Shown: piece by piece, positions 27,861 through 36,605 of the stretch
Position numbering within the stretch: position 1 is the stretch's first letter
Layout of the letters: every line of letters starts with the position of its first letter
Assembly: GCA_964390265.1 (NCBI GenBank)
Contig: CAYMHI010000003.1
Coordinates: forward strand, 1,332 to 65,331
Source: an uncultured Candidatus Saccharibacteria bacterium
GTDB lineage: Bacteria; Patescibacteriota; Saccharimonadia; CAILAD01; BJGX01
Length of the DNA: 64,000 bases
Direction: 5' to 3'
Notes under the pieces: model-generated
What the model saw: only the letters and a program-made list of their open reading frames with translations
Told to the model about the DNA's origin: nothing
The model's database searches: none
Translations under genes and position numbers: made by a program

Positions 27861-28199
27861 CTATTTTGCCGACTTTGGGGCCTGGGCGAACGAAACGGTA
27901 GTAGTTTTTACCAAGCCACTATCAGATGCGGTTGCCTTGGCTTCAGCCAGTGATTGTGCGCGAGCTGCTTCTATCTCGAGTTTTTGCTTTTCAGTTTCGA
28001 GGTTGGCTTGAGTATTTTTTAAATTTGAAATTTTATAACTAAACACTGATGTTTTAGTGATTTGATTTAAATACATCAACGATAGCAAGATGATAAGTGC
28101 CAAGAGCATAAGGCCAACAGCTATGGGGCCAGTCTGAAACTGCAGACGATTTCTAGTAATATTTTGGTTGCGGCGCATTGATGCGATAGCTGTGGTCAT
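27861..28199 (-). CDS. ftsL: FtsL-like small bitopic cell-division protein
   Basis: Single TM (IAVGLMLLALIILLSLMYL) followed by a coiled-coil. Start placed at the internal Met (MTTAIAS) with RBS GGAGAA, because the ORF-track N-terminal extension is encoded by a (TTTTTG)n simple repeat. Confidence 0.45.
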   Translation of the reverse strand: MTTAIASMRRNQNITRNRLQFQTGPIAVGLMLLALIILLSLMYLNQITKTSVFSYKISNLKNTQANLETEKQKLEIEAARAQSLAEAKATASDSGLVKTTTVSFAQAPKSAK

Positions 28200-28210
28200 A
28201 TAATTCTCCT

Positions 28211-28252
28211 TTTTTATTTTTGTATATTTTTGTTTTTGTTTTTGTTTTTTGT
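28211..28252. repeat. Degenerate (TTTTTG)n hexamer tract upstream of ftsL
   Basis: Seen in the sequence; the same motif recurs at 29321..29357 and 29521..29575. Confidence 0.6.
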
Positions 28253-28379
28253 ACAATTTAGTACATAGCATTTAGAGCTTAATAATATATCGCTCTAGTG
28301 TACGGTAATAACTCGAACTTTTAGTTTGCGGGCACGGGGACTTTGGTTTTTAATTAATAAGGTCATGTGATTTCTCCTT

Positions 28380-29291
28380 TTATTTTTGTTTTTTAATTAT
28401 TTTTTCGACGACTCGAAGTTTAGCACTGCGAGCACGTGGATTGGTTTTATCAAATTCAGAGCCTTTTATGGGCTTTTTGGTAACTATTCTGTATTCTGCT
28501 TCAGACACAATTTGACCGAAGTCATCGCGAACTGGCGTAGCTAAGCGCTTAAAGGCTTGCTTAACCATTCTGTCCTCTAGGGAATGAAAGCTAATGACTG
28601 CCATTCTTCCACCAGAACTTAACTTGGTTGGACCGTTTTGTAACAACTTTTCTAGAGCTTTGAGCTCATTATTTACTTCAATTCTTAAAGCTTGAAAACT
28701 GCGTGTTGCGGGGTTAATCTTTGTTTTGTGCGTTATACAGTCGTTTATTATTTTGGCCAGCTCGGTCGTTGTTTTTATCGGTTTAGAGTTTCTGTAGTTA
28801 ACAATCGCTTTTGCAATTTTTCTACTCGCTCGTTCCTCTCCATATTTGTATAGAATGTCAGCCAACTCTCTTTCTGAATAGCTATTTACTATCTTCTCTG
28901 CCGTAATCTCTTGAGTAGTGTCCATTCTCATATCTAATGGACCCTCTGCTTCAAAACTAAATCCTCTGCTTGATTGATCTATTTGTGGTGAACTCACTCC
29001 AATATCGGCTAATATTATATCAACCGCTGGAATATCGTTTTCCCAATTTAGATTATTAAAATCAGCGTGCTTAATACTTACATTGGTTACATTACTAAAT
29101 TTAGCTTTTAGTGCCTTTATGGCGTCAGGATCTTTATCGAATAAATATCCATAACCGTTAGAGCCCACTTTGCTAAGCAACATCTCGCTATGTCCGCCAT
29201 AGCCAGCAGTTAAATCAGCAAAGCAATCCCCTACTTGTGGATTGAGCAAACTTTCTACCGAACCTAGTAAAACTGGTATGTGTCTTTTCAT
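28380..29291 (-). CDS. rsmH: 16S rRNA (cytosine1402-N4)-methyltransferase
   Basis: MKRHIPVLL N-terminus; SAM-binding DxTxGxGGHS-like motif (DLTAGYGGHSE); position after mraZ. Confidence 0.8.
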   Translation of the reverse strand: MKRHIPVLLGSVESLLNPQVGDCFADLTAGYGGHSEMLLSKVGSNGYGYLFDKDPDAIKALKAKFSNVTNVSIKHADFNNLNWENDIPAVDIILADIGVSSPQIDQSSRGFSFEAEGPLDMRMDTTQEITAEKIVNSYSERELADILYKYGEERASRKIAKAIVNYRNSKPIKTTTELAKIINDCITHKTKINPATRSFQALRIEVNNELKALEKLLQNGPTKLSSGGRMAVISFHSLEDRMVKQAFKRLATPVRDDFGQIVSEAEYRIVTKKPIKGSEFDKTNPRARSAKLRVVEKIIKKQK

Positions 29292-29320
29292 GTCAAGGTT
29301 ACCTATTCAGCAGCCAGCTG

Positions 29321-29377
29321 TGTGTTTTTATATTTGTTTTTGTGTTTTTGTTTTTGTGAAAATCTGCAGTTGCAGAT
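29321..29377. repeat. (TTTTTG)n tract followed by the 16-bp palindrome ATCTGCAgtTGCAGAT in the rsmH-mraZ spacer
   Basis: Seen in the sequence. Confidence 0.55.
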
Positions 29378-29473
29378 ATTAGTGTGACAAGGACTTAATA
29401 AATAAGTCCTTATAAGTAGAGATAGTTTGTGAGGTGGAGTTTTATGTTGCATGTACGTACTAGAGTATTATTT

Positions 29474-29500
29474 TACGCGTCACCCTCCATTGAACGCGTA
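29474..29500. repeat. Inverted repeat TACGCGT-n13-ACGCGTA in the rsmH-mraZ spacer
   Basis: Seen in the sequence; 7-bp perfect stem. Confidence 0.5.
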
Positions 29501-29638
29501 CTGACTGCCAAATAGTTAACTTTGATTTTTGTATTGTTTTTGTAGATTTTTTGTTTTTATTTTATTTTTAATGAGCAATTGTCTTTTTGTAGATGATTTA
29601 TCTAACAAGACCATCAGATAGATTGCTGGCGCTTGGTA

Positions 29639-30001
29639 TTACTTTGCGCTAAGGCGAAAATACTTACCAGCTCGTACAGCGACAATGTTTTTTTTGCCAC
29701 CTAGCAATGCCATTTGATGAGCTTCTAGAGTAATGCGACCTTGTTTGCCATCGAGACGAGCAATTGTCTTGCCGGCTCGAAAGCGAACATTAAGGTCGGC
29801 TGTTGCCTCGTCAAGAATATCCCCCTGCAGAGCAGTCTCCATATCTTTATTCCAGACGCTCTCTGGGTATAAATGTAGATACTGCTTAAAACCTGGGGTT
29901 ATTACGATGTTTTTGCCAAACTCTTTGTGTAGTTGCGAGGGAATGGTCAGTCGGTTTTTATCGTCTAGCTTGCGTTCGAAGTAATCCATTGTTGTTTTCA
30001 T
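29639..30001 (-). CDS. mraZ: Transcriptional regulator MraZ
   Basis: Duplicated DxxxR motifs (DDKNRLTIP, DGKQGRITL); first gene of the dcw cluster. Confidence 0.8.
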   Translation of the reverse strand: MKTTMDYFERKLDDKNRLTIPSQLHKEFGKNIVITPGFKQYLHLYPESVWNKDMETALQGDILDEATADLNVRFRAGKTIARLDGKQGRITLEAHQMALLGGKKNIVAVRAGKYFRLSAK

Positions 30002-30019
30002 TGTTTAGACTTAGTTGTT

Positions 30020-30090
30020 AGTTTTTCTTACCCACTGTTACCCACTAACTTCATTATATACGCCTACTTACCCACTTGTAAATAGTTTTG
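30020..30090 (-). promoter_or_regulatory. dcw promoter with three GTGGGTAA MraZ-box-like direct repeats. Two are in tandem with a 10-nt period. A TATATAAT -10-like element lies between the distal and proximal repeats.
   Basis: TTACCCAC occurs at 30028-30035, 30038-30045 and 30068-30075 on the plus strand, which reads GTGGGTAA on the mraZ strand. A GTGGG-N5 tandem arrangement is the known MraZ operator architecture. Confidence 0.5.
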
Positions 30091-30205
30091 ATCAAAGTTT
30101 TTATGGTTATGTATCATTTTGTTTTGGCTCTATATAAGCTTTTTATTGAGTTTTGCGAACAGTCTACGAAAGCGCAGCGGGGATATTTTTGTTATACTTA
30201 TAGTC

Positions 30206-30703
30206 ATGAAGCACCGCAAACACATTGCACCCGACTATATACACAGCTCATTTTTTGGTTTAGAAGATAGCTTGGTATCTACCACCGGAGCGCTAGCCGG
30301 TATTGCTATAGGTGCCGGAAGTAAAGAGGTTATTTTAATGACCGCTTTAGTAATTATTGCGGTAGAATCAACATCTATGGCTGCCAGTGAATTTATTAGT
30401 GAAGAAACCGAAGAAGATATTGAGAAGCAAAAAGTTCCCGCTAGTCCATTAGTAAGTGGGTTAATAATATTTGTGAGCTACGTAGTAGCCGGTATATTAC
30501 CTCTTGCCCCCTACTTGTTTTTATCGCACCTGCAGGCTATTCCGGTCAGTATTGGCTTAGCGCTGGCAGGGCTGACAGTTCTTGGAATATTTAAGGGCAA
30601 AATTACTCATAAAAGCCCTGTACGCTCAGCTTTTGAAGTTCTTATAATTGGTGGTATCGCTGCCGGAATTGGGCTAGCCGTAGGTATAATATTTAAGGTC
30701 TAG
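30206..30703 (+). CDS. VIT1/CCC1-family putative iron/manganese transporter (short form)
   Basis: SSFFGLEDSLVSTTGALAGIAIG signature plus C-terminal TM helices. Start placed at the internal ATG 30206; the upstream part of the ORF-track frame overlaps the mraZ promoter. Confidence 0.5.
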   Translation: MKHRKHIAPDYIHSSFFGLEDSLVSTTGALAGIAIGAGSKEVILMTALVIIAVESTSMAASEFISEETEEDIEKQKVPASPLVSGLIIFVSYVVAGILPLAPYLFLSHLQAIPVSIGLALAGLTVLGIFKGKITHKSPVRSAFEVLIIGGIAAGIGLAVGIIFKV

Positions 30704-31416
30704 GACTGCCACTCTTTATAGAGCGTGTAGTCTACATTACTTTGGCCGCCATCAGCAAATATAACAGCACCATTTATATAGCTTGATTGCTCTGATAATA
30801 AAAATGTCACTATGTTTGCTATCTCTTGTGGGGTTCCAATGCGACCTAGTGGAGTAATTTCTTCAGCCGCCTTCTTGATAGTATCATTTTCTGGTCCCAT
30901 ATCTGTATCTATCCAACCAGGAGCAATTGCATTTACTCTTATTCCCTTGTAGCCAAGCACATTACCGAGGCTCTTGGTAAGACTAATAAGCCCAGACTTT
31001 GCTGCAGAGTACGCAAAACCTACAAATGCTCCTGTGGCAGCATCGTTACTAACTATATTTACAATTGCACTACCTTTTTCCATATTTTTGCTTAATGCTT
31101 CAACTACAATGTAAGGTGCGGTTAGCATAATTTCAATAGACTTATCCCACTTATCTAAGTCAAAAAGCTCTATACTTTCTTCTTCGAACAAACCCGCACA
31201 GTTCACAATATAATCAAATTTTACTGTACTCAATTCCTTGACTAAACTTAGTGTTTGATCCCTATTTGACAGGTCTACTCGACGATAAAGAATTTCTTCA
31301 TTTTTGGGTTTTGTAGTATTGTATGTACCCACTACTTCAATACCATCAGAAATGAGTTTTCTAGCTACAGCAAGTCCTATACCTTTTGACGCCCCTGAGA
31401 CAAAAGCTCTTTTCAT
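30700..31416 (-). CDS. Short-chain dehydrogenase/reductase (SDR) family oxidoreductase
   Basis: N-terminal SGASKGIGLAVARKL cofactor-binding motif; Y-x3-K (YSAAK). Confidence 0.7.
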   Translation of the reverse strand: MKRAFVSGASKGIGLAVARKLISDGIEVVGTYNTTKPKNEEILYRRVDLSNRDQTLSLVKELSTVKFDYIVNCAGLFEEESIELFDLDKWDKSIEIMLTAPYIVVEALSKNMEKGSAIVNIVSNDAATGAFVGFAYSAAKSGLISLTKSLGNVLGYKGIRVNAIAPGWIDTDMGPENDTIKKAAEEITPLGRIGTPQEIANIVTFLLSEQSSYINGAVIFADGGQSNVDYTLYKEWQS

Positions 31417-32774
31417 TTCAACTTATCGCCTAAATAGCTTTTTAGCTCAGTTATCTTAATCCGATCCTGCTTCATACTATCTCGCTCTCTAACCGTAACA
31501 GCCTGGTCTTCTAGGCTTTCAAAATCTACCGTAACACAATATGGTGTACCTATCTCGTCTTGGCGGCGGTAGCGCTTACCTATTGATTGGGTTTCGTCAT
31601 ACTCAACGTTGTAATCACCCGCTACATTCTTAAACACATCTCGAGACAAATCTGTCAGTTCAGATTTTTTACTGAGTGGCAAAATGGCAACTTTGACAGG
31701 CGCCAAATCGACCGGAAGGCGCAATACTACCCGCTCCTCATTACCGACTTTCTCGGTAGTGTAAGCATCGAGCAAAACCGCCATAAACAACCGCTCTACC
31801 CCCACTGAAGGTTCAATAACATAAGGTACAATACTCTCGCCACTCTCTTCATCAAAATAACTCAAATCTTTTCCAGACGCCTTCATGTGGCTTTTAAGAT
31901 CGTGGTCGGTACGATTAGCAATTCCGTAAAGTTCTTTAAACCCAAATGGATATTTGTATTGAATATCACTGCTGGCCTTGGCATAGTGGGCACGCTCGTC
32001 TTCACTGTGTTCATGCCATTTAAGATTATCGGCTTTAATGCCCAGACTCTGTACCCATTTGAGACAATCTTTCTTCCAAAACTCAAACCATTTTTCGGCT
32101 TCATCAGGGCGGGTAAAAATTTCAAGTTCCATCTGGCTAAATTCTCTCACTCTAAAAATAAAATCCCCAGGAGTAATCTCATTACGAAAGGCCTTACCTA
32201 TTTGAGCAATACCAAATGGTAGTTTCTTGCGTGCTGTTTCGCGCACCAAGTCGTATTGTGCGAAAATTCCACCAGCGGTTTCGGGTCGTAAGTATGTAGT
32301 GGCAGCATCGTCTTCTACCGGGCCCACGAAGGTCTTAAACATCATCTGAAAATTCCGTGGTTCAGTAAGAGTACCTTTTTTGCCACAACTCGGGCAAGCT
32401 TTGTTTATAATTTCAGCATTTAACTTGTTAAGATCGCTAGTATCCATATCGGCAACATGATCGGCGCGAAATCGATGTTTGCAGCTTTTACAATCAACCA
32501 TAGGATCTACAAAAGTATCGACATGACCGCTAGCCTGCCAAAGTTTGGGGTTTTGAATAATTGCAGAGTTTAGACCAATGATATTAAAGTTGCTGTATAC
32601 AAAGTGACGCCACCAAGACGCTTTAATGTTGTTGGCCAGTTCGCTACCATATGGCCCAAAATCGTAAAATCCAGATAGACCACCGTAAATTTCGCTGGCC
32701 TGAAATACAAAACCGCGCCTTTTACAAAAACTTACTAGTTCTTCCATACTGATATTCGATGATATTTTTTCCAT
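31413..32774 (-). CDS. glyQS: Glycine--tRNA ligase (alpha2 dimeric type)
   Basis: N-terminus ...CKRRGFVFQASEIYGGLSGFYDFGPYG characteristic of GlyRS; 453 aa. Confidence 0.8.
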   Translation of the reverse strand: MEKISSNISMEELVSFCKRRGFVFQASEIYGGLSGFYDFGPYGSELANNIKASWWRHFVYSNFNIIGLNSAIIQNPKLWQASGHVDTFVDPMVDCKSCKHRFRADHVADMDTSDLNKLNAEIINKACPSCGKKGTLTEPRNFQMMFKTFVGPVEDDAATTYLRPETAGGIFAQYDLVRETARKKLPFGIAQIGKAFRNEITPGDFIFRVREFSQMELEIFTRPDEAEKWFEFWKKDCLKWVQSLGIKADNLKWHEHSEDERAHYAKASSDIQYKYPFGFKELYGIANRTDHDLKSHMKASGKDLSYFDEESGESIVPYVIEPSVGVERLFMAVLLDAYTTEKVGNEERVVLRLPVDLAPVKVAILPLSKKSELTDLSRDVFKNVAGDYNVEYDETQSIGKRYRRQDEIGTPYCVTVDFESLEDQAVTVRERDSMKQDRIKITELKSYLGDKLK

Positions 32775-32788
32775 AAAGATATTATACC

Positions 32789-33508
32789 CTACAAATCATT
32801 ACCTTGAAAAACTTTGGTGCTTTTAAATTTAATATCAAAATGATATTCATAGTAGCGCATAAGTAACTTCTCACCTTCTTCAATTGCGTGGCTAATATTC
32901 TGTAATTTAGCAAGACTACTAAGTTGATGTGACAATATTAATCGCCATAGCTTAATTGTAGGTATAGAAATTATGCCATAGTGGCCCTGCGGCCTAGATC
33001 TAGATAATTTACCCGACCCGTATACCAAATAATGATTATTACCTAGCTTTGTATCGGTTAAATCTGGTTGATTACCAGTTGAGCTTAAAAAATTAAGACC
33101 AAAGTATTGACGAACCAGCAAAGCATCTACTCCAGTATGCAGAGCTCGTAAACATTCTGTAACTAAATTTATAGCTGTTGTGTTAGGCTCCCCTTCGGCT
33201 GATAATTTTCCTAAAATTTCTATTATTAAATAAGCTGTTTGAAGGGCTTGCGAACTCAATTTTGATAAATCAGACAATTCTATTGCTTCCGCACCAATAA
33301 TAATATCTAAATTTCTACCTTTGGTGAGTCTTATCTTGCAAAGCGTAAATGGCTCTAAGTGTCCGGCTAGTTTTGCCTGGGCCTTCCTAACCCCCTTAGC
33401 AATTGTCTTTTGTTTACCCTCTTCAATGCTAAATATTGTTATTATGCGATCAGCTTCACCAAGATTTTGATGATGAATAATATAACCAGTCAGCTCCCTG
33501 TACTTCAT
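32789..33508 (-). CDS. recO: DNA repair protein RecO
   Basis: N-terminal OB-fold pattern GYIIHHQNLGEADRIITIFS; Cys/His cluster absent (short form). Confidence 0.65.
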   Translation of the reverse strand: MKYRELTGYIIHHQNLGEADRIITIFSIEEGKQKTIAKGVRKAQAKLAGHLEPFTLCKIRLTKGRNLDIIIGAEAIELSDLSKLSSQALQTAYLIIEILGKLSAEGEPNTTAINLVTECLRALHTGVDALLVRQYFGLNFLSSTGNQPDLTDTKLGNNHYLVYGSGKLSRSRPQGHYGIISIPTIKLWRLILSHQLSSLAKLQNISHAIEEGEKLLMRYYEYHFDIKFKSTKVFQGNDL

Positions 33509-33897
33509 TGTTCTTTATTTAATGATAGTAAGTGCCCAATATTTTTTACCAATTGCCCTGGTGTTATGCGTGTTTTTACATAGTAGGCATCTACGCCTAA
33601 GCTATCACGTACGCTATTATGCAGATTAATATCTGGCTGAGTAAGATTAGTTAATATAACTATCTTGGTTTTTTTAAGGTTAATATTTTGTCGCATTGAC
33701 TTAATTAATGCTATTCCGTTAGTGCCAGGCAAGAGAATATCTACAATCACACAATCTGGGGTATTTTTTACTAGCCAATCAAGCGCGGCTTTGGCATTAT
33801 TTTTTGTAGTTAGCTTATAATTTGCATTAGTAAATTTGAGTTTATACATTTCACTCAAAATTTTATCTTCTTCTACTAAGAGAATACTCGGTTTCAT
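33505..33897 (-). CDS. Single-domain response regulator (CheY-like receiver). Its stop overlaps the recO start (ATGA).
   Basis: LLVEED acidic pocket; phospho-acceptor Asp in CVIVDILLPG; conserved T/K positions. Confidence 0.6.
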   Translation of the reverse strand: MKPSILLVEEDKILSEMYKLKFTNANYKLTTKNNAKAALDWLVKNTPDCVIVDILLPGTNGIALIKSMRQNINLKKTKIVILTNLTQPDINLHNSVRDSLGVDAYYVKTRITPGQLVKNIGHLLSLNKEQ

Positions 33898-33907
33898 TTA
33901 CTTAACT

Positions 33908-34639
33908 CTACTCCTTTAACGGCGATTCATCAAATACATTGAGCTGCCGCGCAAGCGGGACATGAATATATAAAAACTGCTGATTTTGCACCAACTTTGT
34001 TGTAATTGTTACATTTAAGCATTGGAGTATTGCTACTACGTAGCCACACACAATCAAATCTAGATTCATATTTTTGATTGGCCCAAGGTATTTGGTGGAG
34101 TTTGAAAACACATGAAAAATATCTTTTTCGAGCCAAGAGTGCTTGGGTGCTCTAATGGTAATAACGCCATAGCGAGCACTTTTTCTAAAACCTAGAGTTA
34201 GTCTTTTGGTTGTCGTAAAAGCAGTTAGTAAAACACCAAGGGTTTGGGCTAATGCCCCAAGCTGAGTATAAATAAGTATTTTGTCGTTAATACTATTCAT
34301 ATTAAACTTAACACCTTCAAAATTTTTATAAATCTCTTCAACCAGCTGCTTGAAATAAAAGCTTTTACTAGCACTCTCCTCTAGACCAGTAAGAATTTGT
34401 AACGAATCAAGTAACACTACAGTTTGATGATAATTTTTAGTTAACCGAGTAAGTTGACCAATTATAGACCGTTGTTTGGAGTTAGCCTTGAGGTTCAATT
34501 CCTCTAGGTATCCCAGCATGGCTCGCTCAGAATTATTAATGTTCTTTGTGATGCCAAAAAGTGTAAATGTTAGGCCATTTTGGGCGCTCCATTCTTTCTT
34601 TACTGCATCAATACTGTTTATACCCTCCAAGATCTTCAT
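33908..34639 (-). CDS. Hypothetical protein with a degenerate RecA/KaiC-like fold (pseudo-ATPase lacking an intact Walker A)
   Basis: Aligns by eye to the KaiC-domain pattern: GINSIDAVKK...GLTFTLFGITKN occupies the Walker A position, and VVLLDSLQIL resembles the Walker B / hhhhDS motif. Confidence 0.35.
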   Translation of the reverse strand: MKILEGINSIDAVKKEWSAQNGLTFTLFGITKNINNSERAMLGYLEELNLKANSKQRSIIGQLTRLTKNYHQTVVLLDSLQILTGLEESASKSFYFKQLVEEIYKNFEGVKFNMNSINDKILIYTQLGALAQTLGVLLTAFTTTKRLTLGFRKSARYGVITIRAPKHSWLEKDIFHVFSNSTKYLGPIKNMNLDLIVCGYVVAILQCLNVTITTKLVQNQQFLYIHVPLARQLNVFDESPLKE

Positions 34640-34700
34640 TACTATCTAGACTAACTGCTACAGCAAGTTGTTGGCAAGCATTAGCAATAATGTGTGTTAG

Positions 34701-35414
34701 CTATGGATTGAGGTGAACATTTTTGACGATAGCGTTAAATACATCTATATAGGTGGCGTTATCGTCGGTCTGAATAGTAAATGTTTTATCACGTAAAGGA
34801 ACCATTACGATTGTACCGTTTGGAATTTTAGTACCAATTTGTCCGGTATATCGCATACCTTTAATGCCTGAAACTGTGGTTTCTTCGGCCGTTACTTTTC
34901 TTTTGGCTACAACTTTTTCTTGAGCTAAAGTATCGAGAGGCTTTTTGAGTGAATCGATTGATTTTTCAGCCAGAGCAAATCTTAGGGCATATTGAGTCAG
35001 CTTGGTGTTTACTTCGTCAGGCATAGCAATTCCAGAGATAGTATTACCACTATCTTCTGGCGTGGTAGTGAGACTCCATGATTTGGGAATATCTATAGTG
35101 AAGCTGCCAGCGGCCTCAGGGGCAGTGTAGGTTCTAAAATCAGCATTGAGTTTTTTTGCAAATTGCTCTTCATCGAGTTTCTTTTGGGCCGTCGCACCCT
35201 CATTTTGGCCTTGTTTTAGGGTTGCAGCAATTTTGTTGTCATTGATAAAAGCCTTAGCGCCAAATACCATAACCAATATTAATAATATTGCAGCCACTCC
35301 ACCAAGAACCATCAGCAAAGTCTTATAGAGCTTTTCTTTTTTGTTGCCAGGGTTACCGTCAGGTTTACTGGTAGGTACTTCTGGAAGATTATTGTATGGT
35401 ACTTGGGGGTCCAT
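34701..35414 (-). CDS. Membrane-anchored/secreted hypothetical protein (N-terminal TM after a Pro/Gly/Lys-rich cytoplasmic head)
   Basis: ORF track; single hydrophobic segment LLMVLGGVAAILLILVMVFGA. Confidence 0.35.
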   Translation of the reverse strand: MDPQVPYNNLPEVPTSKPDGNPGNKKEKLYKTLLMVLGGVAAILLILVMVFGAKAFINDNKIAATLKQGQNEGATAQKKLDEEQFAKKLNADFRTYTAPEAAGSFTIDIPKSWSLTTTPEDSGNTISGIAMPDEVNTKLTQYALRFALAEKSIDSLKKPLDTLAQEKVVAKRKVTAEETTVSGIKGMRYTGQIGTKIPNGTIVMVPLRDKTFTIQTDDNATYIDVFNAIVKNVHLNP

Positions 35415-35420
35415 GATATA

Positions 35421-35942
35421 TTAAAGGTTCTTTTGCCCTGGCTCCCAGTCTATTGGACACAATCCACCCGTCTGCAAAGCCTTCACTACTCTCATAGTTT
35501 CGTCCACGCTACGACCTACATTACTATCAGATATCACTACGTATCGCAGATTGCCTTCAGGGTCAATAATAAACGTTCCTCTTTCGGCTTCGCCATTTTG
35601 CTCATTTAAAACCTCGTAGTCACGTGACAGCTGGTGGTTAGTATCGGCCAAAACCGGAAACTCTACATCTGACAAATCACGCTCAAACCAAGCTTTATGC
35701 GAGTGTACGCTATCGGTACTTACTCCTAAAATCTCTGTGTCGATTTTGGCAAACTCCTTGGAGTGCTTGGCAAAACCATTTATTTCGGTTGGACACACAA
35801 AAGTGAAATCTCGGGGATAAAAGAAAAGCACCACCCACTTACCTTTGTAATCTTTTAAGCTAACTTCTTTGAAATCATCTTTTAATCTCTTTTGATATGC
35901 CGGGACTGAAAATTCTGGTGCGGGTTGATTTAGTTTTAACAT
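35421..35942 (-). CDS. Peroxiredoxin (AhpC/TSA family)
   Basis: Peroxidatic Cys motif FTFVCPTE. Confidence 0.75.
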   Translation of the reverse strand: MLKLNQPAPEFSVPAYQKRLKDDFKEVSLKDYKGKWVVLFFYPRDFTFVCPTEINGFAKHSKEFAKIDTEILGVSTDSVHSHKAWFERDLSDVEFPVLADTNHQLSRDYEVLNEQNGEAERGTFIIDPEGNLRYVVISDSNVGRSVDETMRVVKALQTGGLCPIDWEPGQKNL

Positions 35943-35951
35943 AATTTTCTC

Positions 35952-36605
35952 CTATTGTTTTTTGTTAAATGTAGGAATATTTTGTTCTATTCGCTTATTG
36001 ACAATATTCCAATCTATTAATTGCATAAAAGCCTCAATATAACCTTTGCGAGCCGTTGCATAATCTAAGAAATAGGCATGCTCATACACGTCAAGTACCA
36101 ACAACGGCACGGTAGACCATATACCACCTTGGTTGTGAACATCGCATATATAGTTATCTACGGTTCCTGCTTCGTAATCCCAGGCTAGCACTACCCAGCC
36201 ACGCGAAGCCAATCCCATAGCTGCAAACTGGTCGGCCCATGTATAAATACTACCCCATTTATCTTCTATTAACTCTTTTATTGCACCAGCACAATCTTGT
36301 CTTTGGTCGGTCATATTCTCAAAGTACCACTCGTGTAATTTAACGCCGTTTAGGGCAAACCCCTTTTCAAGCTGTAACTCACGAAGTTCAGAATATGTTG
36401 CATTTGCAAGCTTATTGTCGACTTTTTCAAGTAATTCGACTATTTCATTGTATTTATTGACATAGCCAACGTACAAAACATCGTGGTGCTCTTGGAGTTG
36501 TTTTTGCGATATACCCTCGAGCTCGATATATTTTAACGGTTTTGGTTCTAGTTTTTGTAATTTACTCATGAGTCTATTGTAGCTTAAACCATAACTACTA
36601 GTCAA
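35952..36605 (-). CDS. Fe/Mn-family superoxide dismutase
   Basis: C-terminal DVYEHAYFLDY (the D-x-W/Y-E-H-A-Y-Y-L-D-Y SOD signature); N-terminal HH pair. Confidence 0.7.
   Translation of the reverse strand: MTSSYGLSYNRLMSKLQKLEPKPLKYIELEGISQKQLQEHHDVLYVGYVNKYNEIVELLEKVDNKLANATYSELRELQLEKGFALNGVKLHEWYFENMTDQRQDCAGAIKELIEDKWGSIYTWADQFAAMGLASRGWVVLAWDYEAGTVDNYICDVHNQGGIWSTVPLLVLDVYEHAYFLDYATARKGYIEAFMQLIDWNIVNKRIEQNIPTFNKKQ

Noticed and set aside
27861-28271. N-terminal Lys/Gln-rich 24-aa extension of FtsL (MLCTKLYKKQKQKQK...)
   Set aside because: It is encoded by the (TTTTTG)n simple repeat. The internal Met with GGAGAA RBS gives a typical bitopic FtsL.
28211-29575. Possible CRISPR array suggested by repeated TGTTTTTG units
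   Set aside because: The units are 6-nt degenerate simple-sequence tracts without spacers of defined length, and no cas genes are present.
30088-30270. 60-aa ORF and the N-terminal 29 codons of the 30119 ORF upstream of the VIT-family gene
   Set aside because: They lie within the mraZ/VIT divergent promoter region, and the VIT family signature begins after the internal Met at 30206.
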